A DNA stretch of 64,000 nt. Origin: an uncultured bacterium. Lineage in GTDB: Bacteria; Planctomycetota; UBA1135; GCA-002686595. Shown here piece after piece: positions 37,876 to 47,585 of this stretch. The position numbers and the translations under genes were made by a program. The notes under the pieces are model-generated. The model was not told the DNA's origin, did no database searches, and worked only from the letters and a program-made list of their open reading frames with translations. The stretch is from contig CALSNU010000004.1 of assembly GCA_943787795.1 (NCBI GenBank), positions 1-64,000 on the forward strand. Direction: 5' to 3'. Numbering within the stretch: position 1 is the first letter of the stretch; every line of letters begins with the position of its first letter.

Positions 37876-38900
37876 TGGTTCACCACCCGGGACGCGAGTC
37901 CGACGGCAACGACGAGGGACGGGGCCCAAGCCTCGAGTTCTTCGACGTCGACCCGGTTGACGTCCACGCGGAGCCCCTCGAGGGGGTTCCAGAGGCGCGT
38001 CGGCCGAGCGACGGCCTGTTCGACGTACTCGGCAGCCCCAGGCGCGAGGACCCCCCCACCGGAGAGCAGGACCTCCGTGACCGTGAGGCCTTCGTTGTGT
38101 TCGACGTAGTCCATGGAGAGCATGAGCTCAGAGGCGAGGTCTTCGAGGACCGGACCGATGGCCGTTCGTACCTCGGCCTGATGGTCCTCCGAGGTGCGCT
38201 TGACGGCCTCGGCTTCGAAACCCTCAAGGCTGAGGCGGCGTGCGACGGCCTGGGTCATGTTCGCGCCGCCGATGGGGATCTCGCGGCTGAAGCAGCTGAC
38301 CCCGCCGCGCATCACGTTGATGGAGGTGACGCGCGAGCCCACATCGACGAGGGCGGTCGCGCGGGCGTCTCTCCCGTCGGCAGCCTCGGAGACCGGCATC
38401 ACGCAGAGCTCCCAGGCGTTGGCGATGGCGAACAGGTCCAGGTCAATCGCGATGGGCAGCAGGCCCGCGCTCTGGATCATCTGAGCCTGGCCGTTCAGGC
38501 GCTCGGACTGGCAAGCCGCCACGAGGACGGACATCTCCGGGTCATCCTGCGTGCCTCGGCGGAGCGGGAGGCAGTCCAGGATGAAGTCCTCGTCCGACGC
38601 GACGATCTTGTCCGCCTCGAACTGGATCGCCTGCTGTAGCTCGGTGTCCGACATGGCCGGCATGGACAGGTAGCGGACCACCGTGTCCTGCCCGGACACG
38701 CCGGATACGACCCGCTTGGAGCGGAAGCGGCCCTCCTTGAAGACCTGCTTCACGGCATCATCGATGCTCCCTCCGGGGGGAAGCTCGGCGCGGCTGAAGC
38801 CGGTGATGACCGGCTCCTGCCCCTCAAGCGTGATCTCGACGGCCTTTACGACCGAACTCCCGAGGTCGAGTCCGACCACCCTCTTCTTGCTCCGAAACAC
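37872..38900 (-). CDS. pilM: Type IV pilus assembly protein PilM
   Basis: VGLDLGSSVVKAVE, LVDVGS, FSREIPIGG, LLSGGG, NPL, VAVGLA. Confidence 0.92.
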   Translation of the reverse strand: MFRSKKRVVGLDLGSSVVKAVEITLEGQEPVITGFSRAELPPGGSIDDAVKQVFKEGRFRSKRVVSGVSGQDTVVRYLSMPAMSDTELQQAIQFEADKIVASDEDFILDCLPLRRGTQDDPEMSVLVAACQSERLNGQAQMIQSAGLLPIAIDLDLFAIANAWELCVMPVSEAADGRDARATALVDVGSRVTSINVMRGGVSCFSREIPIGGANMTQAVARRLSLEGFEAEAVKRTSEDHQAEVRTAIGPVLEDLASELMLSMDYVEHNEGLTVTEVLLSGGGVLAPGAAEYVEQAVARPTRLWNPLEGLRVDVNRVDVEELEAWAPSLVVAVGLASRVVNQ

Positions 38901-39241
38901 TTGCCTTGCCCGTTGGTTGGGAGGCCGCACTCGATGGGGTTGCCCCGGCGGCTTCACTGGCTCTGTCGTCCAGCCCCATCAAAAGGGTTGAGTGGCCGTC
39001 CCGAAAAAGAACAGCAAAGGGCCTTCACGGGGCTGCGAGCGGGTTTCCCCGCCTGGTCTGCAGCGCCGTCAGGGCCACTCCGAGCGACCCCGTGGCTCGG
39101 CCCGGGACCGGGAACAGCGCTCCCGGGAGAATCCCCCGAATGTGCGCTCGGAGTCGCGGCGATCACCCGGGCCCGGCGCCGAGAGGCCCCCTTCCGACCG
39201 GGCACGGCATGGCGCGGCTCCGAAGCCGAGCCAGGGGCTTC

Positions 39242-39538
39242 TCAGCTGGCGCTCTCGCGCTCCCCGAAGCCAGAGGCGAAGAGCTCCGCCAGACCGGACA
39301 GGAGTCCCTCTGCCCCGTCCCCATCCGCGCTGAGCTCCAGCTCGGTTCCCTGCCGCGCCTCGAGGGTCATGAGCTCGAGGATGCTCTTGCCGTTCACGTC
39401 ACGGGACTCATCCCCGGCGGAACGGATCCTGAGAGAACAGGCGTATCCCATGGCAAGGGAGACGATGGCGTGACAGGGGCGGGCATGCAGGCCCGCCTCA
39501 TTGACAACCTTGACGTTGCGGCAGTTGGTCATGATCAA
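39242..39538 (-). CDS. HPr-family phosphocarrier
   Basis: GLHARP (His15), NGKSILELM (Ser46). Confidence 0.93.
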   Translation of the reverse strand: MIMTNCRNVKVVNEAGLHARPCHAIVSLAMGYACSLRIRSAGDESRDVNGKSILELMTLEARQGTELELSADGDGAEGLLSGLAELFASGFGERESAS

Positions 39539-39574
39539 GTCCTCTGACGCGGTGCCCAGGCACCACAGCGAGGC

Positions 39575-40054
39575 TCAGATCGAGGACATCTCCTTGAGGA
39601 GCCCGACCAACTGTGGCTTGGTCTTCGCCTGGAGTGCAAACGCACGGAAGTCCGTGTCCCGCGCCAGCTTCGCGATCCAACGCATCATCTCGAGGTGATC
39701 CTCGGGATCATATTCCTCGGTGGCGTTGTGGGGCCGGATCACGGTGAAGAGGATCTGGACCGGTGCTCCGTCCACGGCCCGCCACTCCAAGCCCTCCTTG
39801 CAGACGGCCAGTGAGCAAACGGCCTCCGCGAGCCCCTCCACCTTCACGTGCGGGATCGCGACGTTCATCCCCACGCCGGTGGACGCGAGCGCCTCCCTGT
39901 CATGCAGCGCCTTTCGGATCGCCTCTCCGAGGTCCTCGTTGACCAGTCCCGAGGAGACGATCTGCGCGGCGACCTCGTCGAGGGCCTCTTCCTTCGACTC
40001 AGCCTTCATCTTCAGGATGCAGGCCTTCGACTTGAAACGCTTGTACCAGTCCAT
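39575..40054 (-). CDS. ptsN: PTS EIIA (Ntr/fructose-type) protein
   Basis: REALASTGVGMNVAIPH, AVDGAPV; rpoN-hpf-EIIA-HPr context. Confidence 0.85.
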   Translation of the reverse strand: MDWYKRFKSKACILKMKAESKEEALDEVAAQIVSSGLVNEDLGEAIRKALHDREALASTGVGMNVAIPHVKVEGLAEAVCSLAVCKEGLEWRAVDGAPVQILFTVIRPHNATEEYDPEDHLEMMRWIAKLARDTDFRAFALQAKTKPQLVGLLKEMSSI

Positions 40055-40377
40055 GGAGGCAGTGGGTGACGGAGCAGGTGGCCATGGGTTCATGGGCCGC
40101 CGGTGGGGCGATTCTAACAAGTTGAGCGCGACTCGGCTGGACGGGCATCTCCGCCCCGTCGGCGGCCCCAGGCCGCGCCCCGTCCCGAGTCTGTGCGGGC
40201 CAGGCGCCGGGACGGTCCGGACCGTCCCCATGCCCCGGAGGGTCCACCTCGCGGGGCCCCGCTCCGCTCGAAACCGAGAGGCCCCGCTTGAAACCGAGGG
40301 CGGCCCGGCTGGATCAAAGTCCAGCCGGGCCGCCCCATAGGCCACAGGACCCAGGGTCCCGCGGCAGCAGACATCGG

Positions 40378-40692
40378 TCAGGCGACCCCGTGGTTCCTCC
40401 GGGGCTCCAGCTTCGCCTTGTCGTGCTGCTTGCGCAGTTGGCGCCCCATCCGGTCGATCGCCTCGTAGAGCGCCTCCCCGAATGCGTCCCTGTGGACGTT
40501 GGCCACAAGCGTTTGCCCGCGGCCCAAATTTGCGACCAGTTCCACCCGGTGCGTTCGGGCGTCCTTCTCGAGGCGCGCATCCATGGAGATGATCTCCTGA
40601 TTGAAACGCTCGAGCGCAGCTAGACGCTCCTCGACGAGGTTGCGGTAGCGGCTCGGGTAATCGTGATGCAGGATCGACACTTTGGTCTTCAT
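40378..40692 (-). CDS. hpf: Ribosome hibernation factor HPF/RaiA (short form)
   Basis: EERLAALERF...LYEAIDRMGRQLRKQHDK; upstream GGAGG SD; rpoN context. Confidence 0.82.
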   Translation of the reverse strand: MKTKVSILHHDYPSRYRNLVEERLAALERFNQEIISMDARLEKDARTHRVELVANLGRGQTLVANVHRDAFGEALYEAIDRMGRQLRKQHDKAKLEPRRNHGVA

Positions 40693-41216
40693 GCGTACCT
40701 CCTGGAGCGTGGGTTTCGAGTTGTCCTGGTGATCCACCGGCAGTCCGGCGGGCCCCGATCGACCCTGCGACAAAGGAGCGCAGACGTCAAGGCCTCTCTT
40801 CCCAGCCGACCCCTGGGGCCCCCCGAATGCACTTTCTTCAGGAATCCTCCGGCGGTTGGCGTCCCAACAGGCGCCTGTCCTGGGGAGAGCCCCCCACGGG
40901 GTCCCGGGGCCCCGGGTCACGCCTGACGATGAGCCGCGTCAAGCGGAGTCACCCCGAGGGCCCTCGCAGGCGGGAGCGCCGCCATCAGAGGCCGTGGCTG
41001 CAGGGGGGCCGGTCTAGACGGGCCCCACCGGAGGGTCCGCTCGCTCCAGATGACCCTCGCCTGGGAGGCGAGGGCGATTCAGCGCCGCACAGGTGAAGCG
41101 CGAACCCGCTGATTGGCGAGGCGCCCGTGTCGCGAGGCTGCGCCGTGATGAGCCCGCTGCCCGCAGTTCCCGCCGCCTTTAGAGGCCGCCGCCAGGGAAA
41201 GCCGCTGTGCCGCGAC

Positions 41217-42017
41217 TCAGTCGAGGAGCCCGGGGACCCCGGCGGGGCCTCGATCTGGCCCCACGAAGGTCGGCTCGTCGTAGAGCACACGCACCATGTA
41301 GAGACCTCTGGCGGGAGCCGTAGGGCCCGCCAGGCTCCGATCGCCGGACGCCAGAGCTGCGCTGACATCGTCAGGCGACATGGCCCCCTTGCCGACCTGG
41401 ATCAGCGTGCCTGCGATGGTCCTCACCATGTTGTAGAGGAAGCCGTCCCCCTGAACGATGATGGCGAAGCGTTCCCGCCGGGCCACCAGCCGCAGGTGCT
41501 GCACCGTGCGGACCGTCGACTTGCGCGGCGACCCGGCGGTGGCGAACGCGGCGAAGTCCCGCCGCCCGATGATGCGCGCGGCGGCCGCCTTCATGGCCGC
41601 GCGGTCCAGGGGCGCGGGATCCCAGTGCACGTGCTCCACCCCCAGCGCTGGCCGGTGTCGCGTGCTCTGCACCACGTAGGCGTAGCGCTTGCCGCGCGCA
41701 TCGAAGCGCGCATGAAAGTCATCCCTGCACGTCTCGGCCCTGCGGATGCGGACCCCCGCAGGCAGGTGCGCGTTCAGCGCGTGCCGGAGGCGGTCATCGT
41801 CCAGGCGGGTATCCACGTGGAAGTGGGCCACCTGCCGGAACGCATGGACCCCGGTATCGGTTCGACCGGCGCCGTGGATGGTGACGATCGTCCCCAGGAG
41901 GTCGGCGAGACCATCCTCGATGGACGCCTGAACGCTGGCGAAGCCGTCCTGGCGCTGCCACCCGAAGAAGAGCGAGCCGTCGTATGCGACCTCGATACGG
42001 ACGTTGCGCAGCGCCAT
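41217..42017 (-). CDS. truA: tRNA pseudouridine(38-40) synthase
   Basis: AYDGS.F.GWQ, AGRTDTGVHA, FHARFDA, FLYNMVR, TAPARGL. Confidence 0.96.
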   Translation of the reverse strand: MALRNVRIEVAYDGSLFFGWQRQDGFASVQASIEDGLADLLGTIVTIHGAGRTDTGVHAFRQVAHFHVDTRLDDDRLRHALNAHLPAGVRIRRAETCRDDFHARFDARGKRYAYVVQSTRHRPALGVEHVHWDPAPLDRAAMKAAAARIIGRRDFAAFATAGSPRKSTVRTVQHLRLVARRERFAIIVQGDGFLYNMVRTIAGTLIQVGKGAMSPDDVSAALASGDRSLAGPTAPARGLYMVRVLYDEPTFVGPDRGPAGVPGLLD

Positions 42018-42037
42018 GACGCCGCGAGGATAGCCGC

Positions 42038-43417
42038 TCAGACGTGACGCTTGCGCTGGTAGGAGCTCGGGATCCCGAGTTCCTTGCGGTACTTGGCCAC
42101 CGTTCGCCGCGCGACCGCGAGGCCGGAGTCCCCCAGCGCCTCGACGATCGCCTCATCCGAGAGGGGCGCCGAGGGGTCCTCGTCATCGATCAGGTGCTTG
42201 ACCCTGATCCTCACCGCCTCCGTGGCCGCGGCCCCGCCCTCTCCCGCCGTGGATGTGGAGGTCTGGAAGAACTGACGCAGCGGGAGGATCCCGAAGGGCG
42301 TCTGCATGGACTTTCCAGCCACGGCTCGGCTGATGGTGCTGGGCGCAAGCTCGAGCTCTGCCGCGAGCTCGGTCATCGAGAGGGGGCTTAGGCCCGAGAG
42401 CCCATCGGTCATGAAGAGGGGCTGTCGGCGGATGACACCCTCGGCGACCCGCAGCAGCGTCACGCCCCTCATCTCCACCGCTTCGGCGACGGATCGAGCG
42501 CGGTCGACCTTGCCCCTCAGGTAGCCCCGAGCCTCCCCATCGAGGGCACCGCCACCGAGGAGTTCCTCCGCCATGGGGTCGATGGTGACCGACGGCAGGA
42601 GGCCCCGAACGAGCTCCACGCTCACGAGCTCCCCGTCCTTGTGGACCATCACGTCCGGCTGGATGGTGGGCGCTGCGTCCTCGGTTAGGTGCGCGGCCGG
42701 CCGGGTCTCGAGCTGGCCGAGGACGCCGAGGAGCCGGTCGAGCTCGCCGAGCTCGAGCCCGAGCTTGGCGGCCACCGACGGGCGACGGTTACGAGAGAGC
42801 TCGAAGAGGAAGTCCTCGAGGAGTGAACAGAGGAGCGCGTAGTCCCCGTCGGTTGGATCGAGCTGAAGGAGGAGCGCCTCGACCGACGAGCGCGCGCCGA
42901 TCCCGGCGGGTTCAAGCTGCTGGAGCTCTCCGATGGCTCGCCCCAGCAAGCTCCACCCTGACTCCGTCCCGGCGAGCGCGATGTCCGCGGCCACGGCGAG
43001 CGCCATCAGCTCCTCGTCGCTGTCGCCGAGCAGGCCAGATGGGTCGAGGCAGTCGACGAGGAATCGCACCCACTCCCGCAGCTCTCCCCCAGCATCCCGC
43101 GCCGCCAGCTGCTCCTCGACGGTGTCCGAGAGGGAGAGGCTCCGGTCAGGCTGAGCCATGAGCAGCGCGTGGTGGTCGTCACTGGCCCGCATGGCGGCTG
43201 CGCGCGAGCGCGAGGGCTCGAGGACTCCCCGGTCGGAGGTCAGCTCGGGACGCGGGGCCTCCACGACGAGGGCCTCGTTCCCCTCAGCCTGCTCCATGAG
43301 CCAACCCTCAAGGTCCGCTCCTGGGAGCGCGAGCACCTCGATGGCCTGCAGCATGCGCGGCGCCAGGACCATGTCCTGGCGCTGGTGCAAACCGTGATTG
43401 AGCCCGAGCTTCGCCAT
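42038..43417 (-). CDS. rpoN: RNA polymerase sigma-54
   Basis: LEPAGIGAR, STISRA, PLSD, RpoN box ARRTVAKYR. Confidence 0.95.
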   Translation of the reverse strand: MAKLGLNHGLHQRQDMVLAPRMLQAIEVLALPGADLEGWLMEQAEGNEALVVEAPRPELTSDRGVLEPSRSRAAAMRASDDHHALLMAQPDRSLSLSDTVEEQLAARDAGGELREWVRFLVDCLDPSGLLGDSDEELMALAVAADIALAGTESGWSLLGRAIGELQQLEPAGIGARSSVEALLLQLDPTDGDYALLCSLLEDFLFELSRNRRPSVAAKLGLELGELDRLLGVLGQLETRPAAHLTEDAAPTIQPDVMVHKDGELVSVELVRGLLPSVTIDPMAEELLGGGALDGEARGYLRGKVDRARSVAEAVEMRGVTLLRVAEGVIRRQPLFMTDGLSGLSPLSMTELAAELELAPSTISRAVAGKSMQTPFGILPLRQFFQTSTSTAGEGGAAATEAVRIRVKHLIDDEDPSAPLSDEAIVEALGDSGLAVARRTVAKYRKELGIPSSYQRKRHV

Positions 43418-43449
43418 CGGGGGGACTATCGGCCGATCGCGCCGAATCC

Positions 43450-43503
43450 CGTAGCCCCGCCTTCGCCCGTAGCCTGGCCTTCGCCCTGAGCCTGGCCCCG
43501 GCC
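43450..43503. repeat. 18-bp tandem repeat, 3 degenerate copies
   Basis: cgtagccccgccttcgcc / cgtagcctggccttcgcc / ctgagcctggccccggcc. Confidence 0.7.
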
Positions 43504-43505
43504 CC

Positions 43506-44123
43506 TCAGCCCTGGCGGCGCCGGATCGCCCGGCGGTCCTCGAGGGCGTCCTCGAGGACTCCCTTGTGGAGGTACTCGATGGCGCTGCCCGCCGGCAGCC
43601 CCCTGGCGAGGCGGCTGACCGTGAGCCCCTCGACCCCCGACGATTCGAGGGCGTCGAGCACGAGCAAGGCCGTGGCCTCCCCCTCCTTGTCCGGGTCAGT
43701 GGCGAGGATCACCTCCTCGACCCTCCCCCCCTGGACCCGAGCGAGCAGCGCCTTCACGGCGAGGTGCCGCTCCTCGGTGCCGTCCGCTGGATTCAAGGCC
43801 CCCATCAGGACGTGATAGCGGCCCTTGAAGACCCCCGCCCGCTCCAGAGCCTCCACGTGACGAGGCTCCTCGACGACGGCGAGGGTGGTGGTGTCGCGCT
43901 CGGGATCCGAGCAGACCTCACAGGTCTTCCCCTCGCAGACGTTGCCGCACTCCGCGCAGCGGCGGGCGCTCTCGAGGGCCACGGCTAGGCCGTCCCGGAG
44001 GCCGCGGCCCGCGGAGGCGTCCCTCAGGACGTGGAACGTGAGGCGCTCCGCACTCACCCGGCCCACGCCAGGCAGGGCCTCAAACGCGCGGACGAGCGAC
44101 TCGACAGGGGCGGGGTAAGCCAT
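43506..44123 (-). CDS. recR: Recombination mediator RecR
   Basis: LPGVG..SAERL, CAECGN..CEVC, YHVLMG, EVILAT..EGEATA, RLARGLP. Confidence 0.96.
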   Translation of the reverse strand: MAYPAPVESLVRAFEALPGVGRVSAERLTFHVLRDASAGRGLRDGLAVALESARRCAECGNVCEGKTCEVCSDPERDTTTLAVVEEPRHVEALERAGVFKGRYHVLMGALNPADGTEERHLAVKALLARVQGGRVEEVILATDPDKEGEATALLVLDALESSGVEGLTVSRLARGLPAGSAIEYLHKGVLEDALEDRRAIRRRQG

Positions 44124-44154
44124 GGTGGGTAGTCAGCGGGGACGGCTCGGGCTC

Positions 44155-44478
44155 TCAGGAGAACCACGGCAGCTGAACACCGCCTGTGATCTGTGTCAGT
44201 CGCTCGATCCGCTGGCGCTTGGCTCGCGCCTGGGCGTCGCTCGTGGCCGCGAGGACGAGCTCCTCGAGCCCCGCCCGGTCCGAGGCGCGGAGCGCCTCCT
44301 CTGAGACCTGAATCCCAAGGACCTGGCCCAACCCGTCCACGGTCGCGCCGACGACACCGCCTCCGGCCGAGCCCTCGATACGAGCCTCGCCCAGCTCCTC
44401 AAGGGCCTCTCGGACCCTCCGGTCCATCTCCTGCGCCTGGGACAGCAGGTTGCCCATATCTCCGAAGGCTCCGGTCAT
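44155..44478 (-). CDS. YbaB/EbfC nucleoid-associated protein
   Basis: AQEM, EGSAGGGVV, LEELVLAA; between dnaX and recR. Confidence 0.9.
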   Translation of the reverse strand: MTGAFGDMGNLLSQAQEMDRRVREALEELGEARIEGSAGGGVVGATVDGLGQVLGIQVSEEALRASDRAGLEELVLAATSDAQARAKRQRIERLTQITGGVQLPWFS

Positions 44479-44596
44479 GGCTGATCTCTTCAGGACGCCG
44501 GGCGCCCCTCTCTGGGTCTGGTGGTCTGGGAACTACTGGCGAGTGGCGTTGTGATCTGCTGGCACGAGAGGGCGTGAGCGCCCCGGCGGCGTCCCG

Positions 44597-46444
44597 TCAG
44601 TCTTCGACCCTGCCGCCGAAGAGCTCCGTGATCTCCTGAGTGAAGCCGTCCGCGCTGCCCCCACCGCGGTGGATCTCCAGCTTGAGGGTGACCTCCTCGC
44701 CGGACACCGCCTGGAAGGCGGACTCGATGGATGACCGGGACTCGGGGCGCTCGATGAAGGCGAGCTCGGGCTCCGTGAGACCGCGGACCTTGAGCGGCGA
44801 GACGTTGTTGCTCTCGCGCACAAGCTCAGCCTTCTTGGAGAGCAGCTCGGCCAGGTCTCCCGAGCGCCGCCCAAGCTCGCGTAACAGCCCCGTCCACCGA
44901 TCCGCCGTGCTGTTCGTCTGGACCCGGGCAGCGGAGTTGCCTGCCGCCCGGCGATCGCGCGCCGACGGGGGGCGGCGATCCGGGGACGGCTGGACCCGGA
45001 CCTCGGCCTGAGCGGGGCCAGCAGAGGGCCCAGGCTCCGACGGGGCCGCGGGTCGCGGCTGAGCCCCACGCTGAGAGGGGGGCACATAGGCGCTCGAGGC
45101 CGCGACAGAGCCAGCCCCCGAAGCCTGGGGCGGCGCGGCTGCGGGGGGCGCCACCGGGGTCGATGGGCGCGGCGCAGGAGCCGGCCCTGAATGGGGATGC
45201 CCGGACTGGGTATGCCCGGACTGGGGATGCCCGGACTGGGGATGGTCCCCTTGCCCTTGTACGCCACGCGGGGACGCCGCCTGCGGCGCTCCACCGAGGC
45301 GCGCCTCGAGCGCCTCCAGCCGCCGGCACATCTCCTCGAGAGGCATGGTCGCCTCCGGCCGGCAGAGGTCCAGGAGCGTCGTCTCCAGGACGAGACGGGC
45401 GTGAGCCCGCATGTGGACCGGCCCCATGCGCTCGCGGGCATGAAGCAGCTCCTGGAGCATCAGCTCGACCCGGCCAGCTCCGAAGGACTTGGCGAGGCCG
45501 GCCATCCGCGCCCGGCTCTCGGCGCTCGCGGCCCCGGCGGCCATGGGCGCATCTTCGCCGACGAGGGCGAGGACCAGGGCGGTGCGGACGTATCCAAGCA
45601 GCGCATCGAGGAACGCCGGCTCCTCGCCTTCGCGGGCGGGGAGCGCGCCCAGCAGCGCCGGCGGATCGGCTGCGAGGATCGCGCTCAGCACGGCCTCCAC
45701 GGCCTCGCTTGTCCCCTCCCCCGCGAGCCGCTCGGTGTCCGCGATACGGGGCGACCGGCCCACCTGGGCGAGCAGTTGATCAGCGAGGGAGAGCGCGTCG
45801 CGCATTCCGCCTCTCGCGAGCCGCGCGATCTGCGCGGTGACGCCGTCCTCTGCTTCGATCTCCTCGGCGGCGAAGACCTCGTCAAGGCGAGCCTGGATCT
45901 CGGTCTCGGAGAGCGCCGAGAGGCGCAGGACCTGACACCGGGACACCACGGTGTCGGGGACCTTGTGGAGCTCCGTGGTGGCGAAGAGAAACTTGACGTG
46001 GGGCGGCGGCTCCTCGAGCGTCTTCAAGAGCGCGTTGAACGCGCTCTTGGACAGCATGTGCACCTCATCGATGAGGAACACCTTGAAGCGCGCGGCGAGA
46101 GGCACGTAGGAGGCCTGGTCTCGGAGGCCACGGACGTGATCCACGCTCGTGTTCGACGCGGCGTCAATCTCGATGAGGTCCGCCTCAGTCCCCGAGTCGT
46201 AGGCCTCGCAGCGCGCGCAGGTGCCGCACGGCTCATCGGTCGGCCCGCTCTCGCAGTTCAGCGCCTTCGCAAAGAGCCGGGCGGAGGTCGTCTTCCCCGT
46301 CCCCCTCGGCCCAAAGAAGAGGTAGGCGTGCCCGACCCGATCCTCGGCGATCGCGCCGCGGAGCGTCCGCGTCACCACGTCCTGCCCGGCCACCTCCGCG
46401 AAGGTGCGCGGGCGGTACTTTCGAGCGAGAACGAGGTAGGACAT
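44597..46444 (-). CDS. dnaX: DNA polymerase III subunit gamma/tau
   Basis: YLVLARKYRP, GPRGTGKT, EIDAAS, DEVHMLS, LLKTLEEPP, SRC. Confidence 0.97.
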   Translation of the reverse strand: MSYLVLARKYRPRTFAEVAGQDVVTRTLRGAIAEDRVGHAYLFFGPRGTGKTTSARLFAKALNCESGPTDEPCGTCARCEAYDSGTEADLIEIDAASNTSVDHVRGLRDQASYVPLAARFKVFLIDEVHMLSKSAFNALLKTLEEPPPHVKFLFATTELHKVPDTVVSRCQVLRLSALSETEIQARLDEVFAAEEIEAEDGVTAQIARLARGGMRDALSLADQLLAQVGRSPRIADTERLAGEGTSEAVEAVLSAILAADPPALLGALPAREGEEPAFLDALLGYVRTALVLALVGEDAPMAAGAASAESRARMAGLAKSFGAGRVELMLQELLHARERMGPVHMRAHARLVLETTLLDLCRPEATMPLEEMCRRLEALEARLGGAPQAASPRGVQGQGDHPQSGHPQSGHTQSGHPHSGPAPAPRPSTPVAPPAAAPPQASGAGSVAASSAYVPPSQRGAQPRPAAPSEPGPSAGPAQAEVRVQPSPDRRPPSARDRRAAGNSAARVQTNSTADRWTGLLRELGRRSGDLAELLSKKAELVRESNNVSPLKVRGLTEPELAFIERPESRSSIESAFQAVSGEEVTLKLEIHRGGGSADGFTQEITELFGGRVED

Positions 46445-46941
46445 CGGGGGGAGCGCCGCGCCGGCGCCGCGCTGAGGATAACGCCTCGGACCCGGATGGA
46501 AGCAGCCTTCGCCGCAGGGAGCCGAGGAGGATCTTCATTGGGCCGCAGGCGAGGGCTCCGCGGCCGTACGTCCCGGCCGTCAGCGACCGCCCGTGAACTC
46601 CGGCCCCGTGACGCCGCGCACCGCGGAGACCTCGAGGTCGCCCCTCGCGCAGGGCAGCCTCGACCCGAGGTGCCCGCCGGGATAAGGCCCCGGTGGCCTT
46701 GACAGAGATTGGCACCCGCAGCCTGCGCCGGAGGGAGCCTGGGGCCCCGCTGGGCGGCCGGGCTCCCGGCAGGCTCCTTCGACAGGCCTCCGCGCTGGGT
46801 CTTTCTGGTGGGCCCTCCCGGGCTGGGTCTCCGCGGGCGGGGTCGCTCCGGTGGGCCAGGCGCAGGGCCATGATCACTCGCCGGGTCTCCACGCCCCTCT
46901 TCCTCGGACAGAAGAACGCCGGCGAAGGGACGTTGCGCGGC

Positions 46942-46995
46942 GGTAGCCCAGGTAGCCCAGGGATCTCAGGGATCTCAGGGATCCCAGGGCATCCC
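46942..46995. repeat. 9-bp tandem repeat, 6 degenerate copies
   Basis: ggtagccca x2, gggatctca x2, gggatccca, gggcatccc. Confidence 0.7.
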
Positions 46996-47028
46996 GTTGG
47001 ACCCGCCCCTCCCCGGAGGGAGAACCGC

Positions 47029-47145
47029 GCGCGCCGAAGGGCCCGGGCACCTCGCGCCTGGCGTGAGGACCTTAGGGCTGCTCCGTTCCCGGCCTGACCC
47101 GGTTCGGACCTACGCCATCGCGTGGGACCGGACCCATCGCCGCGC
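47029..47145 (-). ncRNA. ffs: Signal recognition particle RNA (small bacterial type; ends approximate)
   Basis: Minus strand GGTCAGG-CCG-GGAA-CGG-AGCAGCC domain IV within a long hairpin closed by gcgcggcga/ttcggcgcgc; upstream of dnaX. Confidence 0.88.
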
Positions 47146-47262
47146 ACGGTTGTTCTGTCTAACGGTTGTCCGTCTATTCGTGGGCCGACTCTTCGGCCGG
47201 CAACCTCTGGTCTCCCAGCGGCTGCCGTTGCTGCGCTGCCCCCCCCCTCCTGATGAGGGGGG

Positions 47263-47354
<92 letters not shown>

Positions 47355-47434
47355 AGTTGTCTTGTTCCCCTGCCGCGCGTGGAGGCCGGAGCCTCCGCCG
47401 CCCGTCGTCCGAGCCTGTGGCCGGGGTGGATGGA

Positions 47435-47524
47435 TGGCGGAGAGGGTGGGATTTGAACCCACGAGACCCGCAAAGGCCTACTGGTTTTCGAAACCAGCGC
47501 ATTCGGCCACTCTGCCACCTCTCC
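47435..47524 (-). tRNA. tRNA-Ser(CGA)
   Basis: GGAGAGGTGGCAGAGTGG...CTGGT-TTCGAAA-ACCAG...GTTCAAATCC...CCA. Confidence 0.96.
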
Positions 47525-47585
47525 GCCCGGGGGTCGCGGCCTCACGGCTACGGGCCCCCTTGGACTTGTTGATGGACGCGAGCGA

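Noticed and set aside
44597..46444. Programmed frameshift or slippage site yielding DnaX gamma
   Set aside because: No A AAA AAG heptamer or long A run seen on the coding strand
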